Virus record (IMG/VR): IMGVR_UViG_3300044724_004089
Length of the DNA stretch: 64,000 nucleotides
Reading direction: 5' to 3' (one strand)
Origin: an uncultured virus (IMG/VR IMGVR_UViG_3300044724_004089)
Lineage: Duplodnaviria; Heunggongvirae; Uroviricota; Caudoviricetes
The notes under the pieces are model-generated. The model worked only from the letters and a program-made list of their open reading frames with translations. It was not told where the DNA came from and made no database searches. The position numbers were made by a program, and so were the translations under genes. Shown here piece by piece: positions 1 to 6,029 of this stretch. Each line of letters opens with the position of its first letter. Position 1 is the first letter of the stretch.

Positions 1-201
1 GTAAATCCTAAATTAGATGGGTTTTACACGATAATATGGATAAAAAGCACGTTTGATCTAGGAAAATACTATATGACCAAGATAGCAGTAATGGAAGTAG
101 ATACAAAAACAAACATTGCTTGTATAATCTCAGAGAATATCAATCCAGAATACAATTCCAATCATATTTACTTAGAGATATATCCAGGCGAACCTTTATG
201 A
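1..201 (+). CDS. Partial hypothetical protein (5' end outside window)
   Basis: Frame 1 is open from base 1 to TGA at 199-201 (VNPKLDGFY...YPGEPL*); the stop overlaps the next ATG (ATGA). Confidence 0.55.
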   Translation, partial: VNPKLDGFYTIIWIKSTFDLGKYYMTKIAVMEVDTKTNIACIISENINPEYNSNHIYLEIYPGEPL

Positions 202-335
202 GCAAATGGGAGTATTTCCTTCAAGAATTAAAGAGAATCCGCACACTTAAAGTCGTATCACACCCAATGTGCATCACTTATGCAATCTGGAAACCAAAAC
301 ATAAATATGGAGAAGAGTATGAAACAAGAAGATAA
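198..335 (+). CDS. Small hypothetical protein (45 aa)
   Basis: ATG overlaps the upstream stop (ATGA); MSKWEYFLQELKR... Confidence 0.5.
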   Translation: MSKWEYFLQELKRIRTLKVVSHPMCITYAIWKPKHKYGEEYETRR

Positions 336-597
336 TCTACAGAATAAGTTTACCTTTAGAGAATTACGACAGTTATGGAGACCATTGACTGATTACATCA
401 ATGACGCCTATGTAAAAGACTTATCCAGTCTATATCGGTTAGAACTAAAGAAACGTTGGATACACTTCTATTCTAAAGAGGACTTTACACTAGAGGAGAC
501 ATTATGTATCATAGAAGATTATACAGTCCAAAAAGAAACGCCAAAGAAAGAAGAGAAAGAGCAAAAAGTAGAATTACGATCCATAATGGGTCACTAG
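319..597 (+). CDS. Hypothetical protein
   Basis: ORF 280..597 with the start reassigned to ATG 319 after a GGAG SD. Confidence 0.55.
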   Translation: MKQEDNLQNKFTFRELRQLWRPLTDYINDAYVKDLSSLYRLELKKRWIHFYSKEDFTLEETLCIIEDYTVQKETPKKEEKEQKVELRSIMGH

Positions 598-605
598 AGA
601 AGAGA

Positions 606-737
606 ATGCGTAGAGTTGCAATTACGGGAAGATTCTTTGAGAAACCCCAGAAAATAGCATATTTGTGGACGAATTGGTTATATCCGTTCGCACTGGTCAT
701 AGCATTGATAGGACTGCTGTGGAGTGGTGGTAAGTGA
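606..737 (+). CDS. Small membrane protein (43 aa)
   Basis: MRRVAITG... with a C-terminal hydrophobic helix (WLYPFALVIALIGLLW). Confidence 0.5.
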   Translation: MRRVAITGRFFEKPQKIAYLWTNWLYPFALVIALIGLLWSGGK

Positions 738-753
738 TTTTCGTAGGGAAACA

Positions 754-760
754 CTAAATA
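754..760 (+). promoter_or_regulatory. Late promoter variant (CTAAATA) upstream of gp5
   Basis: Variant of the gp55-dependent TATAAATA box, 60 nt before the gp5 ATG. Confidence 0.6.
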
Positions 761-819
761 GTAAGAAATAACGTATGGACAGTCGTTTAAACGCAGACAA
801 ATATCGAAAGAAATAACTT

Positions 820-1902
820 ATGACCGAATCATTTATAGGACTATCGCAGTTTCTCTGGTTCATCGGAGTAGTCGAGGATAGACAAGACCCAGAGAAAGCA
901 GGCAGAGTAAGAGTTCGTGCCATTGCTCATCATACAGACAATACAACGGATATCCCTACAGCAGACTTAATGTGGGCGTCCCCTATGTGGAGTTGTAATG
1001 ACGGCGGGATATCTGGATTAGGGAATAGTCCAGGGTTTATGGTTGAAGGAACACACGTTCTAGGGTATTTTAGAGATGGAATGGAAAGACAAGAACCTGT
1101 CATATTGGGAGTGCTACCTGGAGTGCCCACAGAAACAGCAAAGATAGGAAAGGGGTTCTATGATCCCAATGGAGTATATCCAAAGCATATCAATGAACCG
1201 GATGTAAACAGATTAGCAGTACATAACGTGAACAAAGAGCATTCTTCATTAACTACTAGAAAAGCAAATAGAACAATAGATGTTGCAACAGCAGAGTTTA
1301 CATTAGACACAATAGCGGCAGATAGCAGTGATATGGGCGCCTCTTTAGAAACACTCTGGAGTCAACCGGAGATTCCTTACAATGCAACCTATCCGTACAA
1401 TCACGTCTTTGAATCAGAGAGTGGGCATATAAGAGAATATGACGATACCACAGACAATACAAGAATACACGAAAGACATCAAAGTGGCACCTCTTATGAG
1501 ATAGACCATTCCGGAAATAAGACAGATTTAATAGTATCGAATCATTATAACATAACCACTGGCAATAGTCAAGGATTAATTTCCGGTAGCAAAGACTTAT
1601 CTATTGACGGACACTATAAACTGTATATTAACAAAGAAGGAAGTGACAATAACCATTACGATATACAAATAGGACCAAATGCAAATATCAATATACAAGT
1701 AGATCAAGGGAATGTTAACATTGTCACAGGTCACGATGGAAAGATTAATCTAAACTCTGGTGGGGATTTTAATGTCAAGGTAGGAGGGAATTACAATATG
1801 ACAGTAGCAGGTAGTCGATCAGTTACCGTAGAAGGATCAACCACTGATAACACCACAGGATCTGTAGTCCACAGAGGTTCACGCATTGACCTTAACCCAT
1901 AG
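820..1902 (+). CDS. gp5: Baseplate hub / central spike protein gp5 (no lysozyme domain)
   Basis: N-terminal OB fold WFIGVVEDRQDP..GRVRVR, YPYNHVFESESGHIREYDDT motif, C-terminal beta-helix repeats ending GSRIDLNP. Confidence 0.93.
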   Translation: MTESFIGLSQFLWFIGVVEDRQDPEKAGRVRVRAIAHHTDNTTDIPTADLMWASPMWSCNDGGISGLGNSPGFMVEGTHVLGYFRDGMERQEPVILGVLPGVPTETAKIGKGFYDPNGVYPKHINEPDVNRLAVHNVNKEHSSLTTRKANRTIDVATAEFTLDTIAADSSDMGASLETLWSQPEIPYNATYPYNHVFESESGHIREYDDTTDNTRIHERHQSGTSYEIDHSGNKTDLIVSNHYNITTGNSQGLISGSKDLSIDGHYKLYINKEGSDNNHYDIQIGPNANINIQVDQGNVNIVTGHDGKINLNSGGDFNVKVGGNYNMTVAGSRSVTVEGSTTDNTTGSVVHRGSRIDLNP

Positions 1903-2070
1903 ACACCATATAGTGAATCGCCTATTAAATAACTGAGGACAATGTTAATCTATAAATGCAATAACATCAATGTCACATATCGGAGGCACTCTGAGAAACA
2001 CACAGAAAAGACCCCCCACCCAAAACTGGAGAAACAGGTGCTGTATCTTTATTCGAAAAAAATATCGCAG

Positions 2071-2078
2071 TATAAATA
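2071..2078 (+). promoter_or_regulatory. T4-type late promoter TATAAATA
   Basis: Exact consensus, 5 nt before ATG 2084. Confidence 0.75.
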
Positions 2079-2083
2079 ATAGT

Positions 2084-2194
2084 ATGAAAGTTTTTAAAAG
2101 CATCATATTAGTAGGATTCCTTTGTGGTCTTTGTGTGTATATGGGATTTGAATATATGATAAGGAGAATATTCAATGAAAAAGATTATAGATAA
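2084..2194 (+). CDS. Small membrane protein (36 aa), probably leaderless
   Basis: MKVFKSIILVGFLCGLCVYMGF...; the ATG directly follows the late promoter. Confidence 0.55.
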   Translation: MKVFKSIILVGFLCGLCVYMGFEYMIRRIFNEKDYR

Positions 2195-2393
2195 GATCAA
2201 AGATTCGGTTACAGAAACCTATGAGATTGCCAAAGAGTGGATTACGGACAGATGTTCAGAACGTACCAGTCTTGACGGTGTGATACTTATAGCATTTGGT
2301 ATCATAGCAGTTATCTTTCAACCAATCATCTTTTGGGTAGGGTTAATTGCAATTGCTTATGGTATCTATACATTGGTAAAGTCTGAATGGTAA
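2175..2393 (+). CDS. Small two-TM membrane protein
   Basis: AAGGAG SD; ERTSLDG followed by two hydrophobic helices. Confidence 0.75.
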   Translation: MKKIIDKIKDSVTETYEIAKEWITDRCSERTSLDGVILIAFGIIAVIFQPIIFWVGLIAIAYGIYTLVKSEW

Positions 2394-2668
2394 CAGTTAC
2401 AGACAGTGCAAAAGAGTATCTAGCATCTGTGGGTTCTCCTAATGTCTTACTATCAGTCAATGGTGGTGGATGTTCTGGATTTCAGTATGTCTGGGAAGTT
2501 ACAGATAAAGAACCTACAGTTGCAAACGTACATATAGATCCAGTTGCAGAAATGTATGTCATTGGTTGCACGATAGATTATGTAAAAGAACTTGGTGGTT
2601 CATTTTTAAAAGTATCAAACCCAAATGCATCAGCATCTTGTGGTTGTGGAGAAAGTTTTGCTGTATAG
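2387..2668 (+). CDS. iscA: A-type Fe-S cluster carrier (IscA/HesB family)
   Basis: GGCSGFQY and NPNASASCGCGESF signature motifs. Confidence 0.93.
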   Translation: MVTVTDSAKEYLASVGSPNVLLSVNGGGCSGFQYVWEVTDKEPTVANVHIDPVAEMYVIGCTIDYVKELGGSFLKVSNPNASASCGCGESFAV

Positions 2669-2753
2669 TTTTCTCATTACACTATTTGTTACACTCATAC
2701 TAGGGTTAATGGTATGGGTGACAGGAAAGATCGATAAGTTTCTTGGACATTGA
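2658..2753 (+). CDS. Unannotated small membrane peptide (31 aa)
   Basis: TTG start after GGAG; MLYSFLITLFVTLILGLMVWVTGKIDKFLGH*; fills the gap and overlaps both neighbours. Confidence 0.45.
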   Translation: MLYSFLITLFVTLILGLMVWVTGKIDKFLGH

Positions 2754-2977
2754 TACTTGATATTGCATTGATAACAAATCATTTGCTCGTGTCAGCAGTG
2801 ATGGTCTTTGTGTATATGCATAGTATGAATATTCCAGGTTGGAGATACTATATCTTTATCTGTACGTTAATACAGTTTTTAATATTTTCTATTTACTATT
2901 GGTACTATGGTCTCGATAAAATACTACATTCACTACTCTTTAGACTCGGCATCTTTTCTAGTTACTTTATTCCTTAA
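2750..2977 (+). CDS. Small membrane protein
   Basis: Two hydrophobic segments; the start overlaps the previous stop. Confidence 0.5.
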   Translation: MILDIALITNHLLVSAVMVFVYMHSMNIPGWRYYIFICTLIQFLIFSIYYWYYGLDKILHSLLFRLGIFSSYFIP

Positions 2978-3042
2978 CTTTTAGAGGGCGAAAAAAATCA
3001 CAAAAAAATTCGTCTTTTTTAGAACCAACCTCTGGAGGATTT

Positions 3043-3192
3043 ATGCGAAAGAAAAGAAAACTGAGTAAACCTCGAAACATCTTTTATAGAACAATGATGT
3101 CTATACGAAGGTCTGGTGCGTCTGGAGGACACACCAATAAGACCAAGTATAATAGAAAGAGATTTAATAAACATAAAGAGATGTTGCATTAG
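3043..3192 (+). CDS. Unannotated very basic 49-aa protein, weakly ArfA-like
   Basis: GGAGG SD at 3034-3038; MRKKRKLSKPRNIFYRTMMSIRRSGASGGHTNKTKYNRKRFNKHKEMLH*. Confidence 0.6.
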   Translation: MRKKRKLSKPRNIFYRTMMSIRRSGASGGHTNKTKYNRKRFNKHKEMLH

Positions 3193-3370
3193 GTTGTTCT
3201 TTATAAGAACGAGCAATCATCTTTGCAATGATTGACTTTGTGTTACTATCTAAATCACCAAGTGCATCATCAATAGCACATTTACCTGCAACGTAATTCT
3301 TTGCAAACTTTGAATTGGCACCTATCCAAGCATCTAGGTTGTTTTGTTTAAATGTACAAGCAGTGGCCAC
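3164..3370 (-). CDS. Hypothetical protein (GTG start; possibly truncated)
   Basis: Codon usage looks like the rest of the genome, but there is no clear SD and no upstream in-frame ATG. Confidence 0.4.
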   Translation of the reverse strand: MATACTFKQNNLDAWIGANSKFAKNYVAGKCAIDDALGDLDSNTKSIIAKMIARSYKEQPNATSLYVY

Positions 3371-3374
3371 TATC

Positions 3375-3440
3375 CCATGAAAAACACTTATAGTCCATGA
3401 AAAACGCTTATATTTTAGTTTTTTTGTGAAAAATGCTTAT
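3375..3440. repeat. Three direct repeats TGAAAAA(C/T)(A/G)CTTAT
   Basis: ccatgaaaaacacttata (3375-3392), ccatgaaaaacgcttata (3395-3412), gtgaaaaatgcttat (3426-3440). Confidence 0.8.
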
Positions 3441-3452
3441 TTTGTAAAATTG

Positions 3453-3743
3453 TTAACTTTGTAATATTTCTATAGTATTGTTTGAAGGGTCTTTGATGTA
3501 GACTGACTTGGTGCCATCTCTATGCTCAATTAACTCACCATACTTTGTAGCATTTTTCTTTTCAAATGCTAGATGCATAGGGTGTTGATTGGGTAACACT
3601 AAAGCAAGTTTGATGTTGTCATACTCTAATAATGCCCAAGTGTCATCCATAAATGAAATCTTACAGTTACTCTTTTCTTGGTACCATTCCACACTTTCGA
3701 CAATATTATTTACTTCGATTGCAATATGATGTATCTTATCCAT
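3453..3743 (-). CDS. VOC / glyoxalase-bleomycin resistance family protein
   Basis: IHHIAI, HLAF and YIKDPSNNTIE metal-binding pattern. Confidence 0.88.
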   Translation of the reverse strand: MDKIHHIAIEVNNIVESVEWYQEKSNCKISFMDDTWALLEYDNIKLALVLPNQHPMHLAFEKKNATKYGELIEHRDGTKSVYIKDPSNNTIEILQS

Positions 3744-3750
3744 ATAAATA
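3743..3750 (+). promoter_or_regulatory. Late promoter TATAAATA driving the riboswitch transcript
   Basis: Exact consensus, 11 nt upstream of aptamer P1. Confidence 0.75.
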
Positions 3751-3759
3751 CTTATAACA

Positions 3760-3810
3760 ATCGTTAGACCATTCGGTCGGAAGTAGGATATTATATCTGA
3801 AGTAACGCAC
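3760..3810 (+). ncRNA. Glutamine riboswitch aptamer (glnA RNA motif, glutamine-I class)
   Basis: P1 CGTTA(3762-66)/TAACG(3803-07); P2 GACC/GGTC; junction GGAAGTA; P3 GGATA/TATCT; GAAG E-loop partner; 3' ACGC. This matches the glnA motif layout CGUU..GGAAGUA..GAAG.AACGC. Confidence 0.88.
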
Positions 3811-3838
3811 TTTTTTAACTTAACTGTTAGGAGGGTGT
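3807..3838 (+). promoter_or_regulatory. Riboswitch expression platform: SD-sequestering hairpin
   Basis: GCACTTTTTTAAC(3807-19) pairs with GTTAGGAGGGTGT(3826-38): 13 bp including G.U pairs, burying AGGAGG and overlapping the aptamer 3' end. Confidence 0.7.
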
Positions 3839-3839
3839 T

Positions 3840-3947
3840 ATGTCAAATCATTACATATACCAAATTAAGAAGTTACAGAAAGAAGAAAAGAAACGTAGGT
3901 TTTTGGAGAGATACCTACAAACTCTGTACTCTAAAGTATATGCTTAA
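3840..3947 (+). CDS. Unannotated riboswitch-controlled 35-aa basic peptide
   Basis: AGGAGG SD then ATG; MSNHYIYQIKKLQKEEKKRRFLERYLQTLYSKVYA*. Confidence 0.75.
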   Translation: MSNHYIYQIKKLQKEEKKRRFLERYLQTLYSKVYA

Positions 3948-4600
3948 AACTTTATAGTTAAAGCAGTTCCAAACATTAATGATTTTTTGGAGTAATTTTC
4001 GTCCTTACCGTTGAGCAGTAATTCAACGTAAGGACTGAAAGTTACCAATCCATCTAATTTAATGTCAGCACCGATATTGGTTTTAATATCATCTATTTTT
4101 AAGTCATTGGTTTTTGCACCACCAAAAGTCCATCTTGGTTGTGCTTTTGTCCAGACTGCTAGGTCTTTAGATAACTTTAACTTTGCTTTACCTATTGTAC
4201 GATATCTCCAGTAATCATCTTTACTTGCTAATTCGTACATACGATATTCAATTCTATGACCCACAGACAACGACAAAGGTCCTTTACTATCACCACTTGC
4301 TAAAGGGTTTAGTTTAAATAACTTGTGTGTTATCTTTGGTCTATATTCTCTTGAATTATCTTTTTCAGCAATTCTCAATGCTAATTCAACTTTCTGTCCA
4401 GCAGGTTTAACTTTATATTTAAATTCTGCGTGAGCATAATCGTTTCTATAGTATTGTCTTAAATTTACACCATATTCTTTATATTTTAGATTATAGTTAT
4501 GTTCAGTTTTTGTCCAATCATTCTGACCTGCAAATGCATTAGAGGCAAACATATGTGGTAACATTAACAGTGTTAATGATAATAATATTAATTTTCGCAT
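3944..4600 (-). CDS. Outer-membrane beta-barrel (porin-like) protein
   Basis: Signal peptide ending AFA; amphipathic beta strands; C-terminal Phe (GTALTIKF); directly downstream of pstS. Confidence 0.75.
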   Translation of the reverse strand: MRKLILLSLTLLMLPHMFASNAFAGQNDWTKTEHNYNLKYKEYGVNLRQYYRNDYAHAEFKYKVKPAGQKVELALRIAEKDNSREYRPKITHKLFKLNPLASGDSKGPLSLSVGHRIEYRMYELASKDDYWRYRTIGKAKLKLSKDLAVWTKAQPRWTFGGAKTNDLKIDDIKTNIGADIKLDGLVTFSPYVELLLNGKDENYSKKSLMFGTALTIKF

Positions 4601-4610
4601 TTTTAACTCC

Positions 4611-5648
4611 TTATCTCTTTGCTAATGCATTCATACTTTTTGCATCATTTGAAAATTTAATTCTTTCTTCAGTAGGCATTGGTATTAAACCTCTTTCTTC
4701 TAAAATGCCACCCGGACCCCAAGTATCCTCGTGTGTAAATTCAGCAATGAATTCTCTAATACCTGGTATGATATCAACGTGAGCAGATTTAATATACACA
4801 TACAACGGTCTGGAAACACCATAACTTTTATCTGCTATGTTTTCCATAGTTGGTGCCTTATCATTAACTAATGAACCTTGTATTATTGATTCGTTCTCCA
4901 TTAAGAAAGAAAAACCAAACACACCAAAAGCATTTTGGTTTTCAGTTAACTTTTGAACAATTAGATTATCATTTTCACCTGCCTCTATATAAGCACCATC
5001 TTCACGAATACCTCTGCATAATGCTTTATATTTTTTCTTATCTTGTTTTTTGATTGCTTTTAATTTAGGGAAAGTTTTACAACCACCCTCTATTGCTAAT
5101 TCATTAAAAGCATCTCTAGTACCAGAAGTTGGAGGAGGACCTAATACTTCTATTTTAATATTAGGTAAGTTAGGGTCAATGTCTGACCATTTTGTATTGA
5201 AGTTATCTACTAACTTCCCACCTTCTTTATTCCCTTCAGGTATCATTTTACCAAGTGCTAAAAATAATTGTCTTTTTGTAATATTTAATTGTGGTGACTT
5301 TTTAGAATTTGCTATGACAATACCATCATAACCAACTTTTAATTCTACAAAGTCTATGCTATTGTCTTGACATTTTATAAACTCACCTTTTTTAACTCGT
5401 CTTGACGCATTGGTAATATCTGGGTGATTAGTACCTAATCCCTTACAAAATAACTTCATACCACCACCTGAACCTGTTGATTCAATCTTTGGTACTTTGT
5501 ATCCAGTTTTTTTACCAAAATTTTCTGCTACTACAGTAGCAAATGGATAAACAGTAGATGAACCAACTACATAAATCTGGTCTCTACTATTAGCAATATT
5601 TACTAGAAATAAACTAGCAAATAAACTTAGAATGATTTTTTTAAACAT
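4611..5648 (-). CDS. pstS: Phosphate ABC transporter substrate-binding protein PstS
   Basis: Signal peptide; VGSSTVYP, ESTGSGGG, SGTRDAF and SRPLYVY motifs; start reassigned to ATG 5648 after GAGG. Confidence 0.95.
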   Translation of the reverse strand: MFKKIILSLFASLFLVNIANSRDQIYVVGSSTVYPFATVVAENFGKKTGYKVPKIESTGSGGGMKLFCKGLGTNHPDITNASRRVKKGEFIKCQDNSIDFVELKVGYDGIVIANSKKSPQLNITKRQLFLALGKMIPEGNKEGGKLVDNFNTKWSDIDPNLPNIKIEVLGPPPTSGTRDAFNELAIEGGCKTFPKLKAIKKQDKKKYKALCRGIREDGAYIEAGENDNLIVQKLTENQNAFGVFGFSFLMENESIIQGSLVNDKAPTMENIADKSYGVSRPLYVYIKSAHVDIIPGIREFIAEFTHEDTWGPGGILEERGLIPMPTEERIKFSNDAKSMNALAKR

Positions 5649-5667
5649 AATTTCCTCTAAATAATAA

Positions 5668-5685
5668 TTGTAATAAAATTGTAAT
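5668..5685. promoter_or_regulatory. Pho-box-like direct repeat upstream of pstS
   Basis: TTGTAAT-AAAA-TTGTAAT with an 11-bp period, similar to the PhoB consensus CTGTCAT-A(A/T)A(A/T)-CTGTCA(C/T); reads on the strand opposite pstS. Confidence 0.55.
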
Positions 5686-5698
5686 ATAACCCTAAAAC

Positions 5699-5730
5699 TA
5701 AAAAAGAGAGGTCGCAATGACCTCTCTTTA
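5699..5730 (-). terminator. Intrinsic terminator after rpsU (probably bidirectional)
   Basis: AAAGAGAGGTC-GCAAT-GACCTCTCTTT perfect stem with a U-tract on the - strand. Confidence 0.85.
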
Positions 5731-5745
5731 ATGATTCAAAACTAT

Positions 5746-5952
5746 TTATAAAACTCCTAGTTTCTCTAACTTACGTTTTTTCTTTAAATAATTTTTACGA
5801 CCTTCTTTTTGTTTTCGTATTCTCTTTTCGGAGGGACTTTCGAAGTATCTAGTCTGACGAACTCTTTTCAAGATACCTTCCTTCTGTATCTTTTTTCTTA
5901 AAACTCTAATCGCCTGTTCTACGTTATTTTTTCTAACAGTTACTTTAACCAA
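5746..5952 (-). CDS. rpsU: Ribosomal protein bS21
   Basis: V.VRKNNVEQAIRVLRKK..KEGIL..VR..RYFESPSEKR bS21 signature; TTG start after an AAGGGGGTG SD. Confidence 0.92.
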   Translation of the reverse strand: MVKVTVRKNNVEQAIRVLRKKIQKEGILKRVRQTRYFESPSEKRIRKQKEGRKNYLKKKRKLEKLGVL

Positions 5953-5974
5953 TAAAATCACCCCCTTTCATTAT

Positions 5975-6004
5975 AAAAAAGGGAGAGGACACTACCCCTC
6001 TCCC
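5975..6004 (-). terminator. Intrinsic terminator after the CobS-like gene
   Basis: GGGAGAGG-loop-CCTCTCCC followed by TTTTTT on the - strand. Confidence 0.8.
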
Positions 6005-6029
6005 AAGGACTACACTATGAACGATACGT

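Noticed and set aside
2983..3020. Hairpin AGAGGGCGAA/TTCGTCTTTT as a terminator
   Set aside because: Three G.U pairs and a 16-nt loop make it too weak to call confidently.
3019..3216. 65-aa - strand ORF
   Set aside because: Antisense to the better supported 3043..3192 ORF, which has a GGAGG SD.
3375..3440. Possible mini-CRISPR array
   Set aside because: The repeats are only 15-18 bp with 2-13 nt gaps, there are no spacer-length unique segments, and no cas genes.
3815..3830. CtrA box (TTAA-N7-TTAA)
   Set aside because: The spacing and second half-site do not match; the segment is explained by the riboswitch hairpin.
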